Shown: positions 28,862-39,813 of the stretch, piece after piece
Position numbering within the stretch: the first letter of the stretch is position 1
How the letters are laid out: each line of letters opens with the position of its first letter
NCBI GenBank assembly: GCA_041389025.1
Contig: JAWKSP010000001.1
Coordinates: 414,663-478,662 of the forward strand
Length of the DNA stretch: 64,000 bases
Reading direction: 5' to 3'
Source of the DNA: Minisyncoccota bacterium
Lineage (GTDB): Bacteria; Patescibacteriota; Minisyncoccia; Phycocordibacterales; UBA918
Translations under genes and position numbers: made by a program
The notes under the pieces: model-generated
Seen by the model: the letters and a program-made list of their open reading frames with translations, nothing else
Databases searched by the model: none
What the model was told of the DNA's origin: nothing

Positions 28862-29539
28862 ATGTCTAGTTTTAGAAACAAAGAAAAAGGATTTACTTTA
28901 ATTGAAATGATAGTTTCGCTTGGTGTGTTCTCTTTTGTGGTGGTGATAGCGGTCGGGGCTTTGCTTTCGGTAATCGCTACTAATCGCCAGCTTCAAGCTG
29001 AACAAAGTGTGATGACGAATCTTGCTTTTGCTCTTGATAGTATGACGAGAGAGATAAGGACTGGTTATGCATATGTGTGTGGGGATGTTGATAGTGTCAA
29101 TACTCCAGTTATGGGTGGTCAAACCAAGATATTTGATTCTGGTAGTAATGATCATAAAGTATCAAATATGGATGATACATATACAAACGATTGTACAACA
29201 AACTCTCAAAATTATCGTGGGTTATCTTTTATAGAAGGAGGTGACAGTATAACTAATACTGGTTCGAATCAAGGTGGTCGGATTTTGTACTATTATGATG
29301 CTTCTCAAGAAAAATTATTAAGGCGAGTTGAATATGATGCTCCACAATCTATTACTTCTTCTGGGCTAAATATAACCAAAGCCGAATTTATCGTGACTGG
29401 TACTGATACTAATGAAAGTAATGGTGATATTGAGCAACCAACTGTTACTGTTTATTTAGAAGCGGTATCTGATGATGATCCAACCGGAAAGACTTATCAT
29501 TTAGAAACCACGGTAACTCAACGTATACTTGACCTATGA
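28862..29539 (+). CDS. Minor pilin / pseudopilin
   Basis: KEKG|FTLIEMIVSLGVFSFVVV prepilin motif. Confidence 0.7.
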   Translation: MSSFRNKEKGFTLIEMIVSLGVFSFVVVIAVGALLSVIATNRQLQAEQSVMTNLAFALDSMTREIRTGYAYVCGDVDSVNTPVMGGQTKIFDSGSNDHKVSNMDDTYTNDCTTNSQNYRGLSFIEGGDSITNTGSNQGGRILYYYDASQEKLLRRVEYDAPQSITSSGLNITKAEFIVTGTDTNESNGDIEQPTVTVYLEAVSDDDPTGKTYHLETTVTQRILDL

Positions 29540-30171
29540 TACAACGTAATTTTTCACAATCTGGTTTTTCTCTGGTGGAGACTTTGGTCGCTATCTCTTT
29601 GTTACTTTTGATAATTGTTGGACCAATGGTTATTTCAGCTCAGACGGCTAAGAGTTCTACTTTTGCCAGTGAGCAAATCCAAGCTTTCTTTTTAGCACAA
29701 GAAGGTTTGGAGTTGGCACAAAAAGCTCGAGATGATCTGCGGTTGGAGGAGTTTGATGACATCATTAATGGTGGTGGAGCTAGTCTGGGTGATGGGTGGA
29801 CAGATTTTACTGATAGTTCAGGGACTTATGCGGATTGTTTTAGTGGCAGTGGTTGTGGTCTTGACTGGAAGGATAGTGTAGCTAATAACAATGAGCTTAA
29901 TGTAATTAGTTGTTCGACTTTGAGTGATTGTCGACTTTATTTAAGTACAGTAATTAATGACCGCTCTCAATTTACTTATAATGGAGCCCTTACTGATATT
30001 AAACCTTTTACCAGACAAATACGTTTTGATGATGAAGATTCGAGCGGTAATCCTCTTGATACGGATAAAGAAATAAGAATCATTTCTACTGTGACTTGGC
30101 GAACAGGGTCGTTGGTTGCTGATCAAAAAGTAGAAGTCGAATCCTACCTTTATGCCGAAGGAAGAAATTAG
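29536..30171 (+). CDS. Minor pilin / pseudopilin
   Basis: SQSG|FSLVETLVAISLLLLI prepilin motif; 4-nt overlap with upstream gene. Confidence 0.7.
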   Translation: MIQRNFSQSGFSLVETLVAISLLLLIIVGPMVISAQTAKSSTFASEQIQAFFLAQEGLELAQKARDDLRLEEFDDIINGGGASLGDGWTDFTDSSGTYADCFSGSGCGLDWKDSVANNNELNVISCSTLSDCRLYLSTVINDRSQFTYNGALTDIKPFTRQIRFDDEDSSGNPLDTDKEIRIISTVTWRTGSLVADQKVEVESYLYAEGRN

Positions 30172-30177
30172 AAATTT

Positions 30178-32800
<2,623 letters not shown>

Positions 32801-32827
32801 TCAAAACTAAAATGCTATCATGCCGAT

Positions 32828-33133
32828 ATGAATAAAGAAGAGATAAAACAATTAGCTACACTGGCTAGAATTGAAATGTCAGATAAGGAAATAGAAGGGT
32901 TTTCTAAAGATATAAACGAAATTTTAGGTTATGTAAGTGCGGTTCAAGATATTGTTGATGACGAGAGCGGAAGTGGTTCTGTGCCGGAAGTTGGTGCTCG
33001 ATACAATGTATTTCGAAAAGATGTAATAACTAATGAACCAGATAGTTACACAAACGATTTGGTTGCTGAGATGCCTAAGAAACAAGGTCGATATCTTGAG
33101 GTTAGAAAGATTTTAAATACTGATACAGAATAA
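32828..33133 (+). CDS. gatC: Asp-tRNA(Asn)/Glu-tRNA(Gln) amidotransferase subunit C
   Basis: ~100 aa, LARIEMSDKEIEGFSKDINEILGYV typical GatC. Confidence 0.85.
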   Translation: MNKEEIKQLATLARIEMSDKEIEGFSKDINEILGYVSAVQDIVDDESGSGSVPEVGARYNVFRKDVITNEPDSYTNDLVAEMPKKQGRYLEVRKILNTDTE

Positions 33134-33134
33134 T

Positions 33135-34550
33135 ATGCAGACTATAGATAGTTTAAGAAAACAATTGTTGACCGGTGAAATTACCGCCAAAGAATTGACT
33201 GAAAAGACTCTTAAGATGATTCACGAAAAAAATAAAAATATCAATGCTTTTATTGATATCTTTGATGATGCTGTAGAACAGGCCGTGTTAGCAGATATTA
33301 GACTAAAAAAAGAGGGTGAAAACTCACCATTTCTTTGTGGTATACCAGTGGCGGTAAAAAATAATATTTTAATAAAAGGAAAACGAGCGACAGCCGCCTC
33401 AAAAATGCTAGAAAATTATACTGCTACTTATGATGCAACTATAATAACTAAACTAAAAACCGCCGGAGCGATAATAGTCGGTTCGGTTAATATGGACGAG
33501 TTTGCTATGGGTTCTTCAACTGAAAGTTCGGCTTTTGGTGTAACCAAAAATCCAGTTGATACTACCAGAGTGCCAGGTGGGTCTTCCGGGGGTTCAGCAG
33601 CGGCGGTGGCGATGGGAGTGGTGCCAGTAGCGATTGGGACTGATACTGGTGGGTCAATCCGTCAGCCGGCTAGTTATTGTGGTTTGGTAGGCTTTAAACC
33701 AACTTATGGTGCGGTGTCACGTTATGGGTTAATTGCTATGGGGTCCTCGCTTGATCAAGCTGGACCTCTGACTAATACTGTAGCCGATGCTGAGAGTTTG
33801 CATATGATTATGTCTGGACTTGATCCGATGGACAATACTTCAATTGATGACGATTCTTATAAAACAGTTGAATTAAAAGAGAAATATACTATTGGAGTAC
33901 CAAGACATCTGTTAAAAGAAGGAGTTGATTCTGATGTTTTAGAGTCTTTTAATAGCCATCTTGAAACTTTGAAAAAAGCCGGACATCAGGTTGTGAACAT
34001 AGAGTTGCCGTTGTTTGAAAAGGGTTTAGCGGCTTATTATATTGTGATGCCGGCTGAAGTATCATCTAATCTGGCACGCTATGATGGTATTCGCTATGGT
34101 TTGTCGGTAGATGGAGACACTTTACTTGATGTGTATCAAAAAACTAGAGCAGAAGGTTTTGGTGATGAGGTGAAGCGGCGCATTTTGCTTGGTACTTATG
34201 TGTTGTCTTCTGGTTATTATGATGCGTTTTATAATAAAGCTGAAAAAGTTCGCAGTAAAATGCGCCTAGAACTAAACAAAGTATTTAGTGAAGTAGATTT
34301 TATTGTTACACCTACCACTCCAACACCAGCTTTTAAGTTTGGTGAAAAATCAGACCCCCTATCCATGTATAAGGAAGATATTTTTACTGTATCAGTAAAT
34401 TTGACTGGTGTGCCGGCTTTATCTTTTCCAATGAAGGAAGTTGAAAGAGACAGTGTAATGCTTCCGGTTGGTGTACAATATATAGCACCACATGGTGGTG
34501 ACAGTCGTTTGTTTGATATTGGTAAAAAGATATTTGATACAACTCTCTAG
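33135..34550 (+). CDS. gatA: Asp-tRNA(Asn)/Glu-tRNA(Gln) amidotransferase subunit A (amidase)
   Basis: Amidase signature GGSSGGSAAAVA, Ser-cisSer-Lys triad context, 471 aa. Confidence 0.9.
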   Translation: MQTIDSLRKQLLTGEITAKELTEKTLKMIHEKNKNINAFIDIFDDAVEQAVLADIRLKKEGENSPFLCGIPVAVKNNILIKGKRATAASKMLENYTATYDATIITKLKTAGAIIVGSVNMDEFAMGSSTESSAFGVTKNPVDTTRVPGGSSGGSAAAVAMGVVPVAIGTDTGGSIRQPASYCGLVGFKPTYGAVSRYGLIAMGSSLDQAGPLTNTVADAESLHMIMSGLDPMDNTSIDDDSYKTVELKEKYTIGVPRHLLKEGVDSDVLESFNSHLETLKKAGHQVVNIELPLFEKGLAAYYIVMPAEVSSNLARYDGIRYGLSVDGDTLLDVYQKTRAEGFGDEVKRRILLGTYVLSSGYYDAFYNKAEKVRSKMRLELNKVFSEVDFIVTPTTPTPAFKFGEKSDPLSMYKEDIFTVSVNLTGVPALSFPMKEVERDSVMLPVGVQYIAPHGGDSRLFDIGKKIFDTTL

Positions 34551-34610
34551 TTTTTTTACTTATAAAAGAAAGAATGGCTTAAATAAAACCATAATGGTGA
34601 TTATTTAGTT

Positions 34611-35114
34611 ATGCAAAGTATAATAGATTTTTTGAATACTGTATGGGTAAGTTACGCTATTTTTGCATACTTTTTATCCATAGTTATGCTGTTTCTTTAT
34701 GTTTATGCTTCAACTGGAGTAAATAAGCTTTATAAGTTGCAGCGTGATGAGATAAAAGAACGAGAAAAAATCTATAGTGAATCGTTTGGTATTGTAGCGA
34801 ATAGCTCCAGACTGTTAGACATAGATAAACACATTGTTTCAGACAATCCTAATGATTGGAAACTAGCCATAATTGAAGCTGATGTTATTTTAGACGATGT
34901 TTTGAAAGAAGCTGGTTATGGTGGTGTGTCTTTGGGAGAGAGATTAAAAAGTATTTCATCTAATCAACTAAGAAGTTTGGATGATGCTTGGCAGGCCCAT
35001 AAAGTAAGAAATCAAATAGCGCATGGGGGAGCTGATTTTATTTTAACCAAGCGTTTGGCTGATGATACTATCAAACAGTACAAAAGGGTGCTGACAGAAC
35101 TTGGTGTCAGATAA
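34611..35114 (+). CDS. Membrane-anchored DUF4145/HEPN-like protein (candidate Abi/defence-associated)
   Basis: N-terminal TM; C-terminal AHKVRNQIAHGG matching HEPN R-x4-H / DUF4145 HxxRNxxAH signature. Confidence 0.45.
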   Translation: MQSIIDFLNTVWVSYAIFAYFLSIVMLFLYVYASTGVNKLYKLQRDEIKEREKIYSESFGIVANSSRLLDIDKHIVSDNPNDWKLAIIEADVILDDVLKEAGYGGVSLGERLKSISSNQLRSLDDAWQAHKVRNQIAHGGADFILTKRLADDTIKQYKRVLTELGVR

Positions 35115-35176
35115 ATTTACGGTATAATTTTAGTTGCATTATTTTACTAAATAAGGTAACTTTCTTTAGTACTATA

Positions 35177-35431
35177 AATACATAGCGGGGTGAGAAAGTG
35201 TCTAAACACTTTCGCAAGACCTTGCCAAGTATTTCTTGAGGACACGAAAAGAAATACTGACAAGGTGTACTGGTCCTGTAAGGACGAGGAGAGGTATCTC
35301 TTTCGTTTAAAATAAAGTAAAATTAAATACATAGCGGGGTGGAGGAGAGGTTTTGAGCGAGAGAATTTAATAGCTCTCATAACCTCTCTGGAGAACGCCT
35401 TCGTTTGAGGTAAAATAAAGAATAAATACAT
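35177..35431 (+). repeat. Two degenerate tandem copies of the tRNA-fMet 5' region plus upstream leader (pseudo-tRNA units beginning aaatacatagcggggtg)
   Basis: Units start at 35177 and 35325 and each ends ttcgttt.a..aaaataaag; both lack a T-arm. Confidence 0.6.
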
Positions 35432-35502
35432 AGCGGGGTGGAGGAGAGGTACCTCGGGAGGCTCATAACCTCCAGACCCTGGTTCGATTCCAGGCCCCGC
35501 AA
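35432..35502 (+). tRNA. Initiator tRNA-fMet (anticodon CAU), A1xA72 mismatch, A11:U24
   Basis: Near-identical architecture to E. coli tRNA-fMet (xGCGGGGTGGAG...CTCATAA...CCCCGCAAC); T-arm CCTGG-TTCGATT-CCAGG. Confidence 0.8.
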
Positions 35503-35507
35503 CAAGA

Positions 35508-35548
35508 ACGTAAAAGACTCGATAGTTATCGAGTCTTTTACGTTCTAT
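35508..35548 (+). terminator. 19-bp perfect hairpin after tRNA-fMet
   Basis: gaacgtaaaagactcgata-gtt-atcgagtcttttacgttc. Confidence 0.6.
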
Positions 35549-35590
35549 AATGAGCTGAGAAAATATAAATATAAAATCACAGTCAAGACT

Positions 35591-35620
35591 TGCTAAAAAT
35601 ATCAAAAAATTGGTATATTT
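35591..35620 (+). promoter_or_regulatory. Sigma70-like promoter TTGCTA-17-TATATT; ATG 9 nt downstream (leaderless transcript likely)
   Basis: Hexamers and spacing read directly. Confidence 0.5.
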
Positions 35621-35628
35621 CATTGATT

Positions 35629-36315
35629 ATGCAATGTGTTATTTTGGCGGCCGGCAAAGGCTCGCGTTTACGTCCTTTAACCGAAACTGTTCCTAAACCT
35701 TTGGTAACGGTAAATGGTAAGACATTATTAGACCATATCGCTGAAGCGCTTCCTAGTGCTGTTAAGGAACTTATTGTTGTGGTTGGGTACAAAGGGGAAA
35801 TGATAAAAAAGCACTGTGGTGATAATTTTCATGGTCGACCGGTGACTTATGTTGAACAAACAGAGATCAATGGTCCAGCTAAAGCTTTGTGGCTTACCAA
35901 GGATTTGATAAGAGGACGTTTTCTATTTATGTTTGCCGACGACATACACGGCAAGGATGATTTAGCGCGAGCGGTTTCTTATAGTCGGTCAATTTTAGCC
36001 ACTACTAGTGATATACCGGAACGGTTTGGAGTAATTGTACGAAACCCTGACGGTACGATTGCTGAGATGGTTGAAAAGCCAAGTTCACCATCTTCTAACT
36101 TAGTAGCTACCGGACCAATGGTTTTAGATAAAAATATTTTCGATTTTCCACCAGAGTCTCCAATTAAGGATGAATATTTCATGCCGGAAATTATTATGCG
36201 CTATAAAGAAAAATATCCGGTAGCAGTAGTGGAGGAAAACTTATGGCTGGCTATCGGTTATCCGGAAGATATTGATAGGGCTGAAAAGAAATTAAAGTCG
36301 GTCTATCTAGGTTAG
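35629..36315 (+). CDS. Sugar-phosphate nucleotidyltransferase (short RmlA/GlmU N-terminal-domain type)
   Basis: MQCVILAAGKGSRLRPLT NTP-transferase G-x-G-x-R-L loop; ~228 aa without hexapeptide repeat domain. Confidence 0.8.
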   Translation: MQCVILAAGKGSRLRPLTETVPKPLVTVNGKTLLDHIAEALPSAVKELIVVVGYKGEMIKKHCGDNFHGRPVTYVEQTEINGPAKALWLTKDLIRGRFLFMFADDIHGKDDLARAVSYSRSILATTSDIPERFGVIVRNPDGTIAEMVEKPSSPSSNLVATGPMVLDKNIFDFPPESPIKDEYFMPEIIMRYKEKYPVAVVEENLWLAIGYPEDIDRAEKKLKSVYLG

Positions 36316-36321
36316 TTTATT

Positions 36322-37026
36322 ATGCAATGCGTTATACTAGCTGCTGGTAAAGGTACCAGATTAGCTCCCTTAACTGACGATACTCCCAAACCTTTAATAA
36401 AAGTTTGTGATAAACCAATACTTCAACATATCGTCGAAGCTTTGCCGGAAGAAATAGACGAGCTTATTTTGGTGGTTGGTTATTTAGAAGAGCAAATAAA
36501 AGATTTTTGTAAGGATGAATTTTGCGGGCGAAAAGTAAAATATGTAACGCAGAAAAATTTTTCCGGTGGTACCGGTGATGCGCTTTTGCAAGCTAAAGAT
36601 TTAATCAGAGGTCGCTTTTTATTTATGTATTCAGATGATATACATGGATCAGAAGCCTTGGTTGAGGTTATAAACAACGACTATGCTATGCTTTCCGCTT
36701 CTTCGAAAGAACCGCAAAATTTTGGAGTTTTAGTATTAAACAAAAACGGTACTTTAAAGCAAATTGAAGAAAAGCCAAGTAACCCAAAATCAAATCAAAT
36801 TAACATCGGCGGAATGGTGTTGGATGAAAGTATTTTTGACTATAATGTCTCTGCTTCCAAAAATGGTGAAGTTTATGTTACTGATATGGTGACAGCTTTT
36901 GCGAAACAAAAACCAATTAGGGTGGTGGAGCAAAAAGTGTGGTTACCGATAAATAAAATTGAAGATATAAGAGTAGCTGAGACTATATTATGTTCGGATA
37001 AAATTACCAACAAAATTGAAAAATAA
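36322..37026 (+). CDS. Sugar-phosphate nucleotidyltransferase, tandem paralog
   Basis: MQCVILAAGKGTRLAPLT; collinear similarity to upstream gene. Confidence 0.8.
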   Translation: MQCVILAAGKGTRLAPLTDDTPKPLIKVCDKPILQHIVEALPEEIDELILVVGYLEEQIKDFCKDEFCGRKVKYVTQKNFSGGTGDALLQAKDLIRGRFLFMYSDDIHGSEALVEVINNDYAMLSASSKEPQNFGVLVLNKNGTLKQIEEKPSNPKSNQINIGGMVLDESIFDYNVSASKNGEVYVTDMVTAFAKQKPIRVVEQKVWLPINKIEDIRVAETILCSDKITNKIEK

Positions 37027-37054
37027 TGTCGATTGTAGTATATTTTGTCTCAAT

Positions 37055-37128
37055 GTCGATGTAGCTCAGTTGGTTAGAGCGCAGCACTCATAAAGCTGAG
37101 GTCGGAGGATCGTTCCCTCCCATCGACA
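37055..37128 (+). tRNA. Elongator tRNA-Met (anticodon CAU) with unusual T-loop ATCGTTC (A54/U58 swapped)
   Basis: GTCGATG-TA-GCTC-AGTTGGTTA-GAGC, loop CTCATAA, acceptor 3' CATCGAC-A; D-arm identical to E. coli elongator Met. Confidence 0.7.
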
Positions 37129-37180
37129 CAAACATAGGCCGGCGTTTAGCCGGTCGTTTGTGTCGATGGAGAAAGCAAAC
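37108..37180 (+). repeat. Direct repeat copy 1 (overlaps tRNA-Met 3' end): structured hairpin acacaaacataggccggcgtttagccggtcgtttgtgt + agcaaacggctttgctt
   Basis: Repeated at 37322-37395; also complementary segment gagggaacgatcgac at 37189-37205 can pair with tRNA T-arm. Confidence 0.6.
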
Positions 37181-37321
37181 GGCTTTGCTTTCGTGAGGGA
37201 ACGATCGACGGAATGATGCGAGCCTTTGCGAGCGAATGAGTCGTGTCCCGCGGCACTTAGTGTAATTGGAGCGAAGCGAACAATTATACTTAGTGACCGT
37301 CAGGACGTTCCTTTCCAAAAT

Positions 37322-37395
37322 TATCATGACACAAACATAGGCCGGCGTTTAGCCGGTCGTTTGTGTTGATGGAGAAAGCAAACGGCTTTATTTTT
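37322..37395 (+). repeat. Direct repeat copy 2 of tRNA-Met 3' end + hairpin module, ending in T-rich terminator
   Basis: atcatgacacaaacataggccggcgtttagccggtcgtttgtgttgatggagaaagcaaacggctttatttttg. Confidence 0.6.
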
Positions 37396-37532
37396 GTATA
37401 AAAATATGTATAAAAATTGTCAAAATGATTTATACCTACCTAGAAAGAAAAATAAATTCATTGATTTTATAAAAGAAAAAAAGATTGCATTATAATATTT
37501 TTTAATATATTATACCCGCACTGTAAGAAATT

Positions 37533-37606
37533 GCGGTCGTAGCTCAGCTGGTTAGAGCGCCGCCCTGTCACGGCGGAGGCCGAGGGTTCGAATCCCTTCG
37601 ACCGCG
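37533..37606 (+). tRNA. tRNA-Asp (anticodon GUC)
   Basis: GCGGTCG acceptor, anticodon stem CCGCC/GGCGG loop CTGTCAC, T-arm GGTTCGAATCC. Confidence 0.85.
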
Positions 37607-37614
37607 CAGTTAGT

Positions 37615-37640
37615 AAAATCACCCGATGAGGGTGATTTTG
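37615..37640 (+). terminator. Rho-independent terminator after tRNA-Asp
   Basis: aaaatcaccc-gatg-agggtgatttt. Confidence 0.75.
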
Positions 37641-37720
37641 CGTTACGAGCGAGTAGATTCAAATATTTTATCTAAGAAAATATAGGTTCTAAGTATCGAC
37701 CATATGTTACACTTTAGACA

Positions 37721-38911
37721 ATGGTAAAAGAAGATATAAATTCTGATAAAATTACAGACCAAGATTTGTTAGAAGAAAAATCTTCTCTAACTATAGTTAC
37801 TCCTTTTTCAAAATATTTAGCAACAGTTCTTTTTATCACCTTGCCTTTTGTCGGATTTTGGTTGGGTTTTAAGTATTGGCAAACTAATTCGGTTTTGCCA
37901 GAGTTTAATAATAATGAAATTAATACACAAATTTTAGATAGTAAGTTAATTGATTTTGATTTCGTAGACAACATTTTTTATGAACTATCTTCCTCTCCAG
38001 AGCTTGAATATTTAGTTAGTGATATAGAAAATAATAATTTTGCTTGGCGTTATTACAAAGACAACAATCCTATTACCAGCACTGCTCTTATTACAGGACA
38101 TTCTATTTTTATATCAGACTTATCTTTTCAAGATTCAGATGATGAGTACGGTGCTACCGTGTATAGACTTGATGCTATGGTTAAAAAGTTCTTCACTAAA
38201 AATAAATTTCAGATAAATTTATTTAATAGTTTTTCTTTTGAAGATAGTAGAAGCTCACAGCTTGGTTTTAGACAAGAAAATTCCAATATAATTTGTGTTC
38301 GTAATATTGAGGATACAGGGCCTGAGTTTTTGAGGTACAGTATTTCCTGCGGTTATTTATCTGAAAATGGACAGTATGAACCAGTGAAGGTGCAGACTGT
38401 AGAAGGAGAGGGAGTTGTAAGGGATAATAATTTGGAAGATGTTTCTATTGGTTCTTATTTAACAATTGAAAATGATAAAGGTGACAAAATTTTTGTTTTA
38501 TATCAACCTTACCAAAATAACAAACCAGTTTCTTGTCTAAGTAAGACTGGTGGCCAAGATTTCGTGGTTGGTGATAAGATTAACTTTAAGGGCGAGAAAG
38601 TAAATATTTTATCAGGGGTCGATATTACAACTAACCTTATTTCTACTTGTGATTCGGAAGATTTTTATCTCGAGAAAGTGAGTTCAGATAATAATTATGA
38701 CCAAAGGGACGATGTGCTTGGTATGCCTGAGTGTGACATTATGAGTAGTTTTGAATCCCGTGACAGTTGCTACGTTCAATACGCACAATTACGTAAAGAC
38801 GGAAGGTTGTGTGATTTTGTATCTAATGAAGATGAGAAGGAAATTTGCTTGAAATATTCCAAAATGGAAACAGAAACTACAGAGATAGAAATTGGCAGTC
38901 CGGGTATATAG
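37721..38911 (+). CDS. Hypothetical membrane-anchored/secreted Cys-rich protein
   Basis: N-terminal TM LATVLFITLPFVGFWLGF; multiple Cys in C-terminal third. Confidence 0.5.
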   Translation: MVKEDINSDKITDQDLLEEKSSLTIVTPFSKYLATVLFITLPFVGFWLGFKYWQTNSVLPEFNNNEINTQILDSKLIDFDFVDNIFYELSSSPELEYLVSDIENNNFAWRYYKDNNPITSTALITGHSIFISDLSFQDSDDEYGATVYRLDAMVKKFFTKNKFQINLFNSFSFEDSRSSQLGFRQENSNIICVRNIEDTGPEFLRYSISCGYLSENGQYEPVKVQTVEGEGVVRDNNLEDVSIGSYLTIENDKGDKIFVLYQPYQNNKPVSCLSKTGGQDFVVGDKINFKGEKVNILSGVDITTNLISTCDSEDFYLEKVSSDNNYDQRDDVLGMPECDIMSSFESRDSCYVQYAQLRKDGRLCDFVSNEDEKEICLKYSKMETETTEIEIGSPGI

Positions 38912-39290
38912 GATTCAATTGTTCCAGTGGGTAGGGAAGTGGCTAGGGAAGTAAGTGTGCAGGTTTCCGGTACCACAACACGGCTAAAGATAGATTTGTA
39001 CCAAGTTGATGAGTTTGGTAACAAGATAAAACTTATTGGACAATTATTAGACGATGGAGAGAGGTGATATATCAAAGAATGATAATTTATATAATGGCAT
39101 TTTTGAATTTGGTATATATCCTTATGAGCAGACAACGTGGTATGTGGCGGAAGTGTTAATTTCTGATTCTCAGAAATTAACCACTGGACCGGTTAGAATG
39201 GTGGCCACAAATTTTTCCTTTAGTGGGTTAGATTATTCTAAATTTAAAACAATTAAAGGTTAAGAAAATGATTCTGAAGTTTTTGAAGGT

Positions 39291-39524
39291 TTGGTAACTG
39301 TAGCTTTTGTGGTGGGGACTGAGTCAAGTAAAGTTAAAGAGGTTGTAACTAGTTTGGGTGGCGAAATATTAAATTTTTCTATGATACTTGATGACGTCGA
39401 TGTATATACCTTACATTTTCCTGAGGCCAATACTTTGGATAAGCTCAGATCTGTTATTTTAAAATTTAAATCATATAAAGAAGTGGACTTTGCTGAACCG
39501 GAAGTTTTAGTGAATATAGATTAA
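39291..39524 (+). pseudogene. Standalone subtilisin-propeptide (inhibitor I9)-like fragment; with ORF 39054-39263 possibly remnants of a degraded gene
   Basis: VVTSLGGEILNFSMILDDVDVYTLHFPE...VDFAEPEVLVNID resembles I9 propeptide fold pattern; TTG start, no downstream protease domain. Confidence 0.3.
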
Positions 39525-39591
39525 GCTGTTTTTACTATGCTTTAAACACTTTGATTTAAAAGAAATATTTGGTAGGATAGCAGACACATTT

Positions 39592-39664
39592 GCCAATGTA
39601 GCTCAGTTGGTAGAGCGCGTCCATGGTAAGGACGAGGTCTCCGGTTCAATCCCGGACATTGGCT
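39592..39664 (+). tRNA. tRNA-Thr (anticodon GGU)
   Basis: GCCAATG acceptor, D-arm GCTC-AGTTGGTA-GAGC, anticodon loop ATGGTAA, T-arm GGTTCAATCC. Confidence 0.85.
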
Positions 39665-39669
39665 CAAAA

Positions 39670-39699
39670 TAAAGCACCCGTTTAGTAGGGTGCTTTTTG
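39670..39699 (+). terminator. Rho-independent terminator after tRNA-Thr
   Basis: aaagcaccc-gtttagta-gggtgcttttt. Confidence 0.75.
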
Positions 39700-39813
39700 A
39701 AACAATGAAGAAAGCTAACTGCTTGGCTTTTATTTTAAACCTGAAGATGGTGAGTGAGTATGATGGTATAGAAGGTTTAAGGTTTTTAGAAAAATAGACT
39801 AAAATAAATAAAA

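Noticed and set aside
35177-35431. Possibility that the tandem repeats are a CRISPR array
   Set aside because: Only three units, irregular spacing (153/96 bp), repeat is the 5' end of the adjacent tRNA and its leader, no cas genes nearby.
35147-35623. 158-aa minus-strand ORF spanning the tRNA-fMet repeat array
   Set aside because: Covers tandem tRNA-like repeats and an intact tRNA on the opposite strand; repetitive translation (LLHPAMYL twice) is a repeat artefact.
37088-37327. 79-aa minus-strand ORF over the tRNA-Met downstream hairpin repeats
   Set aside because: Overlaps the tRNA and structured direct repeats; Arg/Cys-rich translation from GC-rich hairpin DNA; no RBS.
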